From an uncultured delta proteobacterium (GTDB taxonomy: Bacteria; Desulfobacterota; Desulfobacteria; Desulfobacterales; B30-G6): a DNA stretch of 64,000 bases. Each line of letters starts with the position of its first letter. Position 1 is the stretch's first letter. The position numbers and the translations under genes were made by a program. Shown here one piece after another: positions 9,388 through 19,861 of this stretch. The notes beneath the pieces are model-generated. The model did not search any database and was not told the DNA's origin. It saw only the letters and a program-made list of their open reading frames with translations. Location of the stretch: NCBI GenBank assembly GCA_963823335.1, contig CAWGLD010000006.1:34559-98558 (forward strand), read 5' to 3'.

Positions 9388-10581
9388 ATGCCCGGATATA
9401 TGAAACGTGTTCAAACTGGTATCGAGACTTTTTTATCAGCACCCCCACGATGGATCAAGGGCCAGCGAATCGGACTTTTGTGCAATCCAGCATCTGTGGA
9501 TTCTGATTTTCACCATTCCCGTCTGCTGATCGAAGACAGGTTTCCCGGACAGATCACGGCCTTGTTTTTCCCTCAGCACGGGCTGTTTTCAGAAAAACAG
9601 GACAATATGGTGGAATCAGAGGATGTTGTCGACCCTGTTTTAAATGTGCCCGCATTCAGCCTGTATGGTAAAACGCGTTGTCCAGACCAAGACATGTACG
9701 ATTTGATCGATACACTCATTATCGACCTACAGGATGTTGGAACGCGGGTATACACATTCACATCCACCCTTTCCTATTGTATGGAGGCCGCCCGGCGATA
9801 CGACAAAAGCATTTTTGTCCTGGATCGCCCGAATCCTCTGGGGGGTGTCAAAATCGAAGGAAACTGTCTGACAGATCCCTGTCGCTCTTTTGTTGGGCGC
9901 TACCCGATTCCCATGCGTCATGGAATGACCATTGCTGAATATGCAGGAATGATCAACGATTATTTCAACATCGGTTGCGAACTTCACGTATCTCCCATGA
10001 AAGGCTGGAAAAGACCCATGCTTTTCGAAGATACAGGGCTTCCCTGGATTGCACCTTCACCCAACCTGCCAACGCCGGCGTCCGCCATTGTCTACCCTGG
10101 CCAGGTGATATGGGAAGGCACCAATGTTTCGGAAGGCAGGGGCACGACCCAACCATTTGAGTGTTTTGGTGCGCCCTATATCGAACCGGAAAAATTGCTG
10201 TCCCATATCGATATCCATGATCTGCCCGGTGTGATCTTTCGCGAAACAGCTTTTGAACCTACTTCCAACAAGTGGCAAGGGTTCCTATGCAGGGGACTGC
10301 ACATTCACGTTACGGATGCTGCAGCTTACAAACCCTATGAAACCAGTCTCTTGCTACTGCACGCAGTTATCACAAACCACAAAAAATCTTTTCAATGGAA
10401 AGACCCGCCTTACGAGTACGAATTTGAAAAATTACCCATCGATCTGATTGTCGGTGATTCCGGCGTCCGCAGACAAATCGAAGACCTACATGATCCATTA
10501 GAAATATTTGACTCGTGGAAACCGGCCCTGGAACAGTTTAATTCTTTTAGCAAGCGCTATTATCTATATGGATATGAATAA
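9388..10581 (+). CDS. DUF1343 protein, NamZ-like exo-beta-N-acetylmuramidase family
   Basis: 397 aa. TGIETFL....L.GQRIGLLCNPASV at the N-terminus, and VLDRPNPLGG. Confidence 0.75.
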   Translation: MPGYMKRVQTGIETFLSAPPRWIKGQRIGLLCNPASVDSDFHHSRLLIEDRFPGQITALFFPQHGLFSEKQDNMVESEDVVDPVLNVPAFSLYGKTRCPDQDMYDLIDTLIIDLQDVGTRVYTFTSTLSYCMEAARRYDKSIFVLDRPNPLGGVKIEGNCLTDPCRSFVGRYPIPMRHGMTIAEYAGMINDYFNIGCELHVSPMKGWKRPMLFEDTGLPWIAPSPNLPTPASAIVYPGQVIWEGTNVSEGRGTTQPFECFGAPYIEPEKLLSHIDIHDLPGVIFRETAFEPTSNKWQGFLCRGLHIHVTDAAAYKPYETSLLLLHAVITNHKKSFQWKDPPYEYEFEKLPIDLIVGDSGVRRQIEDLHDPLEIFDSWKPALEQFNSFSKRYYLYGYE

Positions 10582-11251
10582 AAAAACCGCCGACTGGGCA
10601 CGAATGCGATTCAAAAAAAACAAGGTCTGGGTGTCCCTGGATCCATCCGGGCAGCCAAATATCGAAGATGGTAAGGTGTTGATCAAATACCAGTTGGATC
10701 AGTCCCATGAATACAGGGTCCATAGCAATCAGGTACAGCCATTGGAATCCGCAGGCACATCAAGGGTAATTGAGAATGGTCGAACGTCCGTCTCCCCCGT
10801 GAAGGCCACATCGAAACAATGTTATAAAAATGGTGCAAAAGATGGTGTCGTCCACGTTTATACAGACGGGGCCTCTTCCGGCAATCCAGGCCCGTCTGGG
10901 ATCGGGGTGTTGCTCCGTTATGGTGACCATGAAAAGGAGATTTCAACATATATCGGTATTGCAACCAATAACATTGCTGAACTGGAGGCGATTCGGGTCG
11001 GGCTTTCCCTCATCAGAAATCCTGCCCTGCCCGTTCGGGTTTATACGGACAGTTCTTATGCCCAGGGGCTGCTTGCCAAGGGTTGGAAGGCCAGTAAAAA
11101 CAAGGAACTCGTTGCCGATATCCGTAAAATACTGTCAGAATTTCATGACATTGTATTTGTCAAAGTCAAAGGGCATTCCGGTGATGCAGGAAATGAGCGG
11201 GTAGATGGTCTGGCTACCGATGCAATTGCACGGGAGAAGAGAAATAGGTAA
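10570..11251 (+). CDS. rnhA: ribonuclease HI with a ~95-aa N-terminal extension
   Basis: The C-terminal 150 aa carry the RNase H motifs VYTDGASSGNPGPSGIG, NNIAELEA, VYTDSSY, VKGHSGDAGNERVDGLA. The start is uncertain: the track gives 10508, ATG codons lie at 10570 and 10576, and all overlap the upstream gene end. Confidence 0.85.
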
Positions 11252-11285
11252 GAGCGCTGCCTCATGTGGGCAGCGCTCTTTTTTG
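11251..11285 (+). terminator. Rho-independent terminator after rnhA
   Basis: AGAGCGCTGCC-tcatgtg-GGCAGCGCTCT followed by TTTTTT. Confidence 0.75.
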
Positions 11286-11309
11286 AACCGCAGTAGTGAA
11301 GCAGATCTG

Positions 11310-11591
11310 TTACTTGTCAGATTTCAGACTTTCGATTTCTTTTTTCAAATCGTCGATTTCTTTTTTGTAGACTTCTGTGTCTCCTGAATCGGGTTCGGCG
11401 CCCAATGATGAATCATCTTTTTTCCAGCTGTCTTTCATTTCATCAAATCCTAGATAAATAGCCAAGCCACCCCCCAGCAAAAGCATTACGGGAATAGCGC
11501 CTGCTAAAAGCTGCAGGAACTCTCCAAACCAGACGGAAAGACCAATAAGTCCCAAAACAGCTGCAACTGCACCACCAATTAACGTTTTCAT
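11310..11591 (-). CDS. hypothetical small membrane protein (two TM helices plus a charged coiled-coil tail)
   Basis: 93 aa. Gly/Ala-rich TM segments, then KKEIDDLKKEIESLKSDK. GGAGGG RBS upstream. Confidence 0.5.
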   Translation of the reverse strand: MKTLIGGAVAAVLGLIGLSVWFGEFLQLLAGAIPVMLLLGGGLAIYLGFDEMKDSWKKDDSSLGAEPDSGDTEVYKKEIDDLKKEIESLKSDK

Positions 11592-11954
11592 GAATTGTCA
11601 CCCTCCTTTAATATCCATTGGTTTTTAGCTTCGATCTATGTTTAAGGCTTAATGTAAACCAAGACGCAAGTAATGAATGATATATCAAATAGTTATTGTG
11701 AATATATCCACACGTTTCAGTAGTAAAAAAAAATATCATATCGTCTGGGCTAACGCAAGCGTATTTTTCAATTTAATCACAACGCAGGCATACGTCATTC
11801 TCTTTTTAGATATTGCAAAGGTTCAACTGTTTTGTTATTTTTCCAATAAATGTGTCGATATACACGGGCGCTAGCATAGCCCCTGAAAGAACACGGTTTC
11901 TCAAGGCCATGTCCCGGAGAAACTGCTATTATAAAGAGGAAAGCAAAAGGTGTT

Positions 11955-14588
11955 ATGATAAATAGACGCAACAACATCAAATCAAAATCTATCTGGCGCA
12001 GAATGACAGATGCTATTCTCAAAGGCACACATCAGCACTATTTGTGCTACCTTCCATCCCGCAAAGGTTTTTTTTCATCCTGGCTTTTGAAACGTTTTTT
12101 TTCAGGCATCGAAAGCCATCAGCAGCAGATTCAGATATTGAAGGCTATACCGGAAAATGCCACGATTGTTTACCTGAATAAGTTTCAGAGTTATTTTGAA
12201 TTTTTATTTTATCATACGCGCCATATTGAAAACAGGCTCCCGGTTCCCGAACTGGGTTTCAATTACCGCATCCTGATTTTTCAGCCCCTATCACGGGTAC
12301 TGCGTGTTCTATTTGCCAGATTTGATTTTCTGCTTCTGAAGTGGAAACTGCCCAATCCATATCGAGATGGTTATTTTCACAAAGAGTTGTCCCAGGGCAA
12401 AAGTGCTTTCCTGTCACTGGTTGACAAAAAGGGGTTTTACAAACGCTTTGTCAAGGCGCAGGCCGATCCGATTTACCACCTGATTGAAATGCAGCACAAT
12501 TCGGAACTGGAGATTTATATTGTGCCCCTTTTGATGTCATTCGGTAAAAAGCCATTGCGCTCAATTCCGACTATCATGGATATACTGTTGGGGCCTGAGG
12601 CCAAGCCCGGGATTCTGCGTAGACTGACAACCTTGTTTAAAAACCCGAAAAAGGTATTTTATGAAGTTTCCAACCCGTTGAGTCTGCGGCAGTTCCTGCA
12701 AAGCCCGGAAGTAAAAGACATGTCCATGGATCATCAGGCGCTGATACTCAGACGGAACCTTCTTCTGCAGATCAACAAACACCGGCAGAGCATTACCGGT
12801 CCCATGAAAAAATCCATTGAGGAATTAAAAGAAAGCATCCTGACAAGCGATCGTCTGAAAGACTACCTTGATGAGCACGCCATGAAACGCAATCTGCCCA
12901 TCTCAAAAGTTCGCAGGCAGGCAGATGCCTACATCGATGAAATTGCATGCAAACAAAATCCAGGGCTTATTCGGTTTGCTGAAATTATCATTGGATGGGT
13001 TCTGAACACGATGTTTCAAGGGGTATCCTACAATGAAGAGGGATTACAACACATCAAGGCGATATCACAGAAAGGACCGATTATTTTTGTGCCCTGCCAC
13101 AAGAGTCATGTTGATTATCTGATGCTGCCGTATTTAATGTACCGCAACAATATGGCGGTTCCTTATATCGCTGCAGGCGCCAACCTTTCCTTCTGGCCAG
13201 TCGGGCCAATTTTCAGGGCTTTGGGCGCTTTTTTTCTCAGAAGGACTTTTCGGGGAAATGTCCTCTACGCCAAGGTCTTTTCAGAATACATTCACCGGGT
13301 GCTTTTAGAGGGCTACAACATAAAGATATTCATAGAGGGTACTCGCAGCAGAACCGGTAAACTCATCATGCCCAAACTCGGCTTTCTTTCGATCCTGATG
13401 AATGCCTATAAAAACGGGGCCTGTGACGATCTTGTTTTTGCCCCTATCTACATCGGTTATGACCATGTTCTGGAGGAAAAATCCTATTTACACGAAATTG
13501 AAGGCGGAAAAAAAGAACCGGAAAGTTTTTTACAGGTAGTCAGTGCCAGAAAATTGTTAAAGAACCGTTACGGCAAGATATATATAAAATTCCATCCGAC
13601 CATCTCGCTCAACAATCTTCTTGAAAAAGAGGGTACGTGTTTTGACGAGATGCTGACCAAAGACCAGAATGCCCTGTGCCGTAATCTGGGGCATCGCATC
13701 ATCAATGCCATCAATACCGTGACCGTTATTACCCCTCATGCTTTGGTGGCCAGCGTGCTGTTGAACATTACCAAAGAAAGGCTGTCCTATGACGATGTGT
13801 TGCGCTATGTTGAGATCTACGTGCAGCATGTCACACAACAAAATGCAGATATCGCCGACACCCTTGTAATGGACCACGTCCATGCGGTGGAGAATGTTCT
13901 CGAAGATTATACCGGTCGAAAGTTGATTGAAAGAATCGACGAAAACAAGGATGGTCCCCTTTCCGAAGCCACGTACAAAGTCAATATTTCCAAACGCCCT
14001 GTTCTGGAATACTATAAAAACAACTGCATCTCCTTTTTTGTGCCGGCAGCTTTCACCGCCCTGGCAATTCTGGAAAAAGACGCTTTCCAATTTTCCGCCT
14101 CGGAGCTCCAGAAAGTTTATCTGTTTTTACAGGATTTCTTTAAATACGAATTTGCTTTTGACCTGGACAAGGCACCAGATTACTTTCTTCGTAAAACCAT
14201 CAAGTCGTTTATAGACGATGCCATCATCATCCCCCATCCAACACTCCCGGAAACTTACAATATAACCTCGGCCGGTTTTAGGAAGCTGAAAAATTACTCC
14301 CAGTTTTTAAAAACCTATTTTGAGTCCTACTGGATCGTTCTCAGCTATTTCCGCAAAAGTCCTCAAAATGAAAACACTACCAAGGACAAGCTCAAGAAAA
14401 TACAAACCCATGGTAGCAGACTGTATAAAAACAAAGAGATCGATCTGATTGAATCGCTGTCAAAAATCAATTATATGAACGGGATCAATTTTTTTACTAC
14501 CCATAATGTGAAAGGTGCGGAGGATGGCGAAGCAATCGAATTCTATACAGACATCATCCAAAAATATCTGGGCCGTATCAATCACTAG
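11955..14588 (+). CDS. plsB: glycerol-3-phosphate acyltransferase, PlsB type
   Basis: 877 aa. Acyltransferase blocks VPCHKSHVDYL (HX4D), FFLRRTF and IEGTRSRTGKL. TAG stop. Confidence 0.85.
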   Translation: MINRRNNIKSKSIWRRMTDAILKGTHQHYLCYLPSRKGFFSSWLLKRFFSGIESHQQQIQILKAIPENATIVYLNKFQSYFEFLFYHTRHIENRLPVPELGFNYRILIFQPLSRVLRVLFARFDFLLLKWKLPNPYRDGYFHKELSQGKSAFLSLVDKKGFYKRFVKAQADPIYHLIEMQHNSELEIYIVPLLMSFGKKPLRSIPTIMDILLGPEAKPGILRRLTTLFKNPKKVFYEVSNPLSLRQFLQSPEVKDMSMDHQALILRRNLLLQINKHRQSITGPMKKSIEELKESILTSDRLKDYLDEHAMKRNLPISKVRRQADAYIDEIACKQNPGLIRFAEIIIGWVLNTMFQGVSYNEEGLQHIKAISQKGPIIFVPCHKSHVDYLMLPYLMYRNNMAVPYIAAGANLSFWPVGPIFRALGAFFLRRTFRGNVLYAKVFSEYIHRVLLEGYNIKIFIEGTRSRTGKLIMPKLGFLSILMNAYKNGACDDLVFAPIYIGYDHVLEEKSYLHEIEGGKKEPESFLQVVSARKLLKNRYGKIYIKFHPTISLNNLLEKEGTCFDEMLTKDQNALCRNLGHRIINAINTVTVITPHALVASVLLNITKERLSYDDVLRYVEIYVQHVTQQNADIADTLVMDHVHAVENVLEDYTGRKLIERIDENKDGPLSEATYKVNISKRPVLEYYKNNCISFFVPAAFTALAILEKDAFQFSASELQKVYLFLQDFFKYEFAFDLDKAPDYFLRKTIKSFIDDAIIIPHPTLPETYNITSAGFRKLKNYSQFLKTYFESYWIVLSYFRKSPQNENTTKDKLKKIQTHGSRLYKNKEIDLIESLSKINYMNGINFFTTHNVKGAEDGEAIEFYTDIIQKYLGRINH

Positions 14589-14597
14589 ATACCCAAA

Positions 14598-16328
14598 ATG
14601 AAAGCACTGATCCTTGCCGCCGGCTTTGGCGAGCGACTGAAACCGTATACATGTCGCACGCCCAAGCCACTTTTCACCATATCGAAGCAGCCACTGCTGG
14701 ACAGGGTTATCCGTAAGCTGTTGTCTGCCGGTATTTCGCATATCATGGTGAATACCCATCATCTTCACCACCAGATTGAACGATATCTGTTGTCCCAGTC
14801 ATATCCCATCCCTGTCACGACAGCGTATGAACCGGAAATTCTGGGTACGGGTGGCGCTATTAAAAATCTAAGCCATTTCTGGGGTGATGAATCCTTTATG
14901 GTTGTCAATAGCGATATCCTGTTCGATACGGATCTTGAAGCCCTTTGCTGCTTTCATAAGAAAGAATGTGCGCTTGCAACACTCATGTTGTACGACCATA
15001 CCATGTTCAATCAGGTGTGGGTCGGCCCGCAGAACCGCCTTTTAGGTTTCGGTTCGGGAAAGCGGCCCCCAGGGGCCCACAAAAAACAACTGACATTCAC
15101 TGGAATTCAGATCATTGATCCACAGCTCCTGGAGTTTATTCCAGCGAAGCGGTTTTACAGTATCATTGATGCCTATAAAGTCGCTTTGGCGGAAAGAAAG
15201 GAGATCCGGGCCTACATTCCAAAGCGACTTGTCTGGACAGACATCGGATCTCCGGAACGCTACCGGGAGGCAGCCTGCCAGACAATGGCCCGGGAGGCCC
15301 TTGCTCGGCAGACAGGTCAGGACAATGTTCCCAAAATAGATATGCAACAACTGGCCGGGGATGGATCGGATCGACTATGGTATCGCTGCACGGCAGCAGG
15401 CTCCAGCATCATCATGGTCGATCACGGCATTCGGACAGGATCTGAAACACAAGAAGTCGACTCCTTTATTCGTATCGGCAAGCATCTGTCCGCCAAAGGC
15501 GTGGCCGTGCCCTGCATAATCCTGTCCGATCCATTCGCGGGGCTGGTCTTTCTTGAAGATCTGGGAGACCTTCATCTTCAGGAAAAAGTGTTGCAGAATA
15601 AAACAGACATTGATCTGATCCTGTCCCTGTATCGTTCGGTGATCGATAAACTTGTGCACATGGCATTGGCAGGGAGGCAGGGGTTCGACCCTGAATGGAC
15701 CTGGCAAAGCGCAACATATGACCATGCTATTGTTATAGAAAAGGAATGCCGTTATTTTGTGGAGGCTTTCCTGAACGGATATCTGCAGCTGGCGCTTAGT
15801 TTTGAAGAGTTTAAGGACGAGTTTGTGTTTCTTGCCGATAGCGTTGCCAACTGTACGGAGATCGGCTTTATGCACAGGGACATGCAGTCCCGCAATATCA
15901 TGATCCATCAGGATCGTTGCTTTATCATCGATTTTCAAGGCGCAAGGACAGGCCCGCTTCAGTACGACCTGGCATCTCTGCTGCTGGACCCCTATGTTGC
16001 GCTTTCCCCAAAAACCGTGAAAATACTTTATGACTATTATGTGAAATGTCTATCGGCACACGGGACCATAGATGCGGCTGTGTTTCGGAACGGATTTGAG
16101 ACCTGTGCGATAACGCGCAACCTGCAAATCCTGGGAGCTTTTGGACATCTGTCCAGGAACAAAGGCAAAACCCATTTTGAAGCATACATACCCGGGGCCT
16201 TGCAGACGCTTCGGAAAAACCTCGATGGCTATCATGCGCACGATCGTTTAGCGGGTCTGCGCAAGGTCGTTCAAATGGCGGAAAGGAAATTGAAGGAGAA
16301 CCCATGCCCCAAATCAACCTTATGGTAA
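14598..16328 (+). CDS. fusion of a sugar-1-phosphate nucleotidyltransferase (MurU-like) with an anomeric sugar kinase (AmgK-like APH fold)
   Basis: N-terminus MKALILAAGFGERLKPYT...PKPL (NTP-transferase). C-terminus GDGSDRLWYR, HRDMQSRNIMI, IIDFQGARTGPLQYDLASLLLDP (AmgK/APH signature). Confidence 0.75.
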   Translation: MKALILAAGFGERLKPYTCRTPKPLFTISKQPLLDRVIRKLLSAGISHIMVNTHHLHHQIERYLLSQSYPIPVTTAYEPEILGTGGAIKNLSHFWGDESFMVVNSDILFDTDLEALCCFHKKECALATLMLYDHTMFNQVWVGPQNRLLGFGSGKRPPGAHKKQLTFTGIQIIDPQLLEFIPAKRFYSIIDAYKVALAERKEIRAYIPKRLVWTDIGSPERYREAACQTMAREALARQTGQDNVPKIDMQQLAGDGSDRLWYRCTAAGSSIIMVDHGIRTGSETQEVDSFIRIGKHLSAKGVAVPCIILSDPFAGLVFLEDLGDLHLQEKVLQNKTDIDLILSLYRSVIDKLVHMALAGRQGFDPEWTWQSATYDHAIVIEKECRYFVEAFLNGYLQLALSFEEFKDEFVFLADSVANCTEIGFMHRDMQSRNIMIHQDRCFIIDFQGARTGPLQYDLASLLLDPYVALSPKTVKILYDYYVKCLSAHGTIDAAVFRNGFETCAITRNLQILGAFGHLSRNKGKTHFEAYIPGALQTLRKNLDGYHAHDRLAGLRKVVQMAERKLKENPCPKSTLW

Positions 16329-17143
16329 ACGGCTTGCCGGGAGATGTTGCCAAGGTGATCGCCCGGCACATTGCCTCTGACAAACGCTTTGCATTGATTC
16401 CCTATTCCCTTACCGGTCCGGAAATCGATGCAGAAGAATGTCTTGTGGACGGAACAGCGGTTTGTCTGATTCGTCCTGATGCGCGGCAAACTGTGATGGC
16501 TGATATTTTCGCGCTCCACAAACAAATAATCTGTATCGATTTCACCCATCCAGCGGCTGTTAACAGCAATGCCCGGTTTTACTGTGAACATTCAATCCCC
16601 TTTGTGATGGGAACCACCGGCGGGGATCGGGAAGCACTGCTAACGACAGTTGAAAACTCAGGTGTAGCTGCCGTGATTGCCCCGAACATGGCCAAGCAGA
16701 TCGTCGGATTTCAAGCCATGATGGCCTGGGCAGCTGATACGTTTCCTGGCTTGTTCAATGGATATGCCATCACCGTTCGGGAAAGCCATCAAAAAGGCAA
16801 GGCTGATACGAGTGGTACTGCCAAGGCCATGGTTGGATATTTCAACAGACTTGGTCTCAAATGTTCGACCGAGGACATCGAGCAGGAACGCGACCCCGAA
16901 AGACAGGTCAAGCAATGGGGGATTCCGGAAGAACATGTTGCCGGGCACGGGTGGCACACGTACACGCTGACATCAAATGACCAGACCGTTAAATTCCAGT
17001 TCACCCACAATGTGAATGGTCGTGAGATTTATGCCGGCGGCACCCTTGACGCGGTGATGTTTCTTCACCAACACGTCCAACATGGTGTTAAAGGTAAAGT
17101 TTTCAGTATGATGGACGTCTTAAAGGGACACGGTCCTTCATAA
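16304..17143 (+). CDS. dapB: 4-hydroxy-tetrahydrodipicolinate reductase (plant/long-type DapB)
   Basis: 279 aa. VNGLPG..A, DFTHPAAV, VMGTTG, ESHQKGKADTSGTA. Confidence 0.7.
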   Translation: MPQINLMVNGLPGDVAKVIARHIASDKRFALIPYSLTGPEIDAEECLVDGTAVCLIRPDARQTVMADIFALHKQIICIDFTHPAAVNSNARFYCEHSIPFVMGTTGGDREALLTTVENSGVAAVIAPNMAKQIVGFQAMMAWAADTFPGLFNGYAITVRESHQKGKADTSGTAKAMVGYFNRLGLKCSTEDIEQERDPERQVKQWGIPEEHVAGHGWHTYTLTSNDQTVKFQFTHNVNGREIYAGGTLDAVMFLHQHVQHGVKGKVFSMMDVLKGHGPS

Positions 17144-17172
17144 TACCCCGTCCGGACAAATCGTTTCTATCC

Positions 17173-19812
17173 TTACATCTTGGCAATAATATCGGCTGCT
17201 GCTTCCATGGCCTTTTCGAGATTTTCCGGATTGGGACCGCCGGCCTGGGCCATATCAGGTCTTCCACCACCGCCACCACCCACAAACACGGCTAATTTGT
17301 TGATGATTTTGCCGGCGTGAAATTGGCCGGTCAGGTCACGTGTAACAGCGGTGAGAAGCAGCGCCTTTGAACCTGATCGACTTCCCAGGACGATAATACC
17401 CGATTGGACCTGCTCCTTGAATCGGTCTGCCAGATTACGAAGGACGGCCGGGGAGTCGGCTTCTACAATTTTAGATAATAACTTTATATTGTTAACTGAG
17501 ATAATATCATCTGTAGCTTTAGAAGCTGATTGGCTCAACAGTTTTGTTTTGAGTTGCTCGATATTTTTTTCGTTACTCCTGAGCTGTTCCAGCAGCTTTT
17601 CAATTCGCGAGGGCACAGCATCGGGCTGATGCCGCAGAAGCCTGGCAGCCTCCTGGACCAGATGGGTGGTCTTCTGCAGGTGCTTCAGTGCGGCCTCACC
17701 GGTCAGTGCCTCGATTCTGCGAACACCTGAAGCAATACTCGATTCGCTGACGATTTTGAACAGTCCGAGATTGCCGGTTCGCCCTGTGTGGGTTCCGCCA
17801 CATAGTTCCATGCTGAAATCGGACAGGGAAACTACACGGACCCTGTCACCATATTTTTCTTCAAAGAGTGCGGTTGCACCTGAATTGTAGGCATCCTCTG
17901 CATCCATTTCTTCTGTTTGTACTGGAACGTTATCCCGGATTCTGCTGTTCACCACAGACTCTATTTCATCCAGCTGTTCCGGGCTGACCTGAGCAAAATG
18001 GTTGAAATCAAAGCGAAATCTGTCTGGTGCCACAAGTGATCCCGCCTGTTTGATGTGTTCCCCTAAAACGTTTCTCAAGGCATGATGCAGAATGTGCGTG
18101 GCGGTGTGGTTTGCGGCGGTGGCGTTTCTTTTTTCCATATCCACCGACAGGGTCACCTTTTGGTTCTTTTGAATGATTCCCGAAAGCACCTTGCCTCTGT
18201 GAATAATGAGGCCGGTGGGGTCTTTGATGGTATCGGTGACCTCCATCAAAAAAGAATGTCCGTTGTTCGATGCTGCGATGGTGCCGGTGTCGCCGGTCTG
18301 TCCACCGGATTCAGCGTAAAACGGCGTCTTGTCAGTAACGAGATCTATCTCCATGTCCTTTTCTATGGATTCCACTTGCTTGCCTTCGGACACCAGGACA
18401 AGAATCGTGGCGTCCAGGGTAAACCGGTCATATCCCAAGAATTCAGCTTTGATGCCTTTGGCGGAAAGTTCCCGGTAAGCATCTCCGAGTTCGGAAAAAG
18501 GTGTCACCATCCGCGATCTTTCCCTCTGGGCTTCCATGGCAGACTCGAAACCATCCATATCGAGCACCATTTTTTCGTCTCGCACAATATCTCTGACAAT
18601 ATCAACAGGAAAGCCGTATGTGTCGTACAGTTTGAAAATAACACCGCCCGGAACACGGTCGCTCCCTTGGGCTCTCAGTTCTGAAAGGGTGTCGTTCAGG
18701 AGGGTCAGCCCGTGATCGAGGGTCTCTGAAAAACGGGTTTCTTCGTTGTGAATGACACTGGTGATGAATGCTTTGGAAGCCATAAGCTCCGGATAGGCAT
18801 CCTGCATGATATCGAAAACCACACTGGCGGTAACATCCAAAAAAGGTTTGTTGAGACCCAAGTTTCTGCCGTAACGGATGGCACGCCGCATGATACGTCG
18901 CAGGACATACCCCCGGCCTTCATTGGATGGCAGAACACCATCTCCGATCAGAAAGGCTGCCGCGCGGCTGTGGTCGGCAATAACCTTCATGGCCACGTCC
19001 TTTTCTGCTGATTCTCCCATTTTTGTCTCGGACAGCTCTTCCGCCTTTTGGATGATCGGCAGGAGCAGATCCGTTTCATAATTGGTGGGTACATCCTGAA
19101 GGAGGGTCACCATCCTTTCAAGTCCTAAACCCGTGTCGATGCTGGGTTTTGGCAAAGGTGTCATTTTCCCGGATGCATCCCGGTTGAACTGCATGAAAAC
19201 CAGATTCCATATCTCCAGGTAGCGATCACATTCGCAGCCGACGCGACACTCGGGACGGCCGCATCCATAACTCTCGCCCCTGTCCAGCAAAAGCTCCGAA
19301 CATGGACCACATGGGCCGGTGTCACCCATGGCCCAGAAATTGTCTTTTTCGCCAAATCGTACAACCCGTTCTTCGGGGATACCGATCTGTTGATGCCAGA
19401 GATCATAGGCTTCGTCATCGTCAAGATAAACAGACGCGTACAGTTTTTCCTCGGGAAGCCCGTATCCATTGGTCAACAGGTCCCAGGCAAATTCGATGGC
19501 TTTTTCCTTGAAGTAATCTCCAAATGAAAAATTTCCCAGCATTTCAAAAAAGGTATGATGACGTGCGGTATATCCGACATTTTCCAGGTCGTTGTGCTTC
19601 CCCCCGGCTCGAACACATTTCTGAGATGTCGTGGCGCGAACATAGCCCCTTTTCTCCTCGCCGAGAAAGGCACGTTTAAACTGTACCATACCGGCATTTG
19701 TGAAAAGAAGGGTTGGATCGTCCTGGGGAACGAGTGAGGAACTTCTAACAACTTTATGGTGATGTTTTCTGAAATATTCTAAATATTTTTGTCGCACCTC
19801 ATTGCCGGTCAT
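17173..19812 (-). CDS. alaS: alanine--tRNA ligase
   Basis: 879 aa. FTNAGMVQFK, the HHTFFEMLGNFSFGDYFK motif, an editing domain (HTATHIL, CGGTH) and a C-terminal DHHA1 domain. Confidence 0.95.
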   Translation of the reverse strand: MTGNEVRQKYLEYFRKHHHKVVRSSSLVPQDDPTLLFTNAGMVQFKRAFLGEEKRGYVRATTSQKCVRAGGKHNDLENVGYTARHHTFFEMLGNFSFGDYFKEKAIEFAWDLLTNGYGLPEEKLYASVYLDDDEAYDLWHQQIGIPEERVVRFGEKDNFWAMGDTGPCGPCSELLLDRGESYGCGRPECRVGCECDRYLEIWNLVFMQFNRDASGKMTPLPKPSIDTGLGLERMVTLLQDVPTNYETDLLLPIIQKAEELSETKMGESAEKDVAMKVIADHSRAAAFLIGDGVLPSNEGRGYVLRRIMRRAIRYGRNLGLNKPFLDVTASVVFDIMQDAYPELMASKAFITSVIHNEETRFSETLDHGLTLLNDTLSELRAQGSDRVPGGVIFKLYDTYGFPVDIVRDIVRDEKMVLDMDGFESAMEAQRERSRMVTPFSELGDAYRELSAKGIKAEFLGYDRFTLDATILVLVSEGKQVESIEKDMEIDLVTDKTPFYAESGGQTGDTGTIAASNNGHSFLMEVTDTIKDPTGLIIHRGKVLSGIIQKNQKVTLSVDMEKRNATAANHTATHILHHALRNVLGEHIKQAGSLVAPDRFRFDFNHFAQVSPEQLDEIESVVNSRIRDNVPVQTEEMDAEDAYNSGATALFEEKYGDRVRVVSLSDFSMELCGGTHTGRTGNLGLFKIVSESSIASGVRRIEALTGEAALKHLQKTTHLVQEAARLLRHQPDAVPSRIEKLLEQLRSNEKNIEQLKTKLLSQSASKATDDIISVNNIKLLSKIVEADSPAVLRNLADRFKEQVQSGIIVLGSRSGSKALLLTAVTRDLTGQFHAGKIINKLAVFVGGGGGGRPDMAQAGGPNPENLEKAMEAAADIIAKM

Positions 19813-19861
19813 GTTGTACTCCTAAACTACATGGTTTTAGTAATTTCTTCTCTCAATAACT

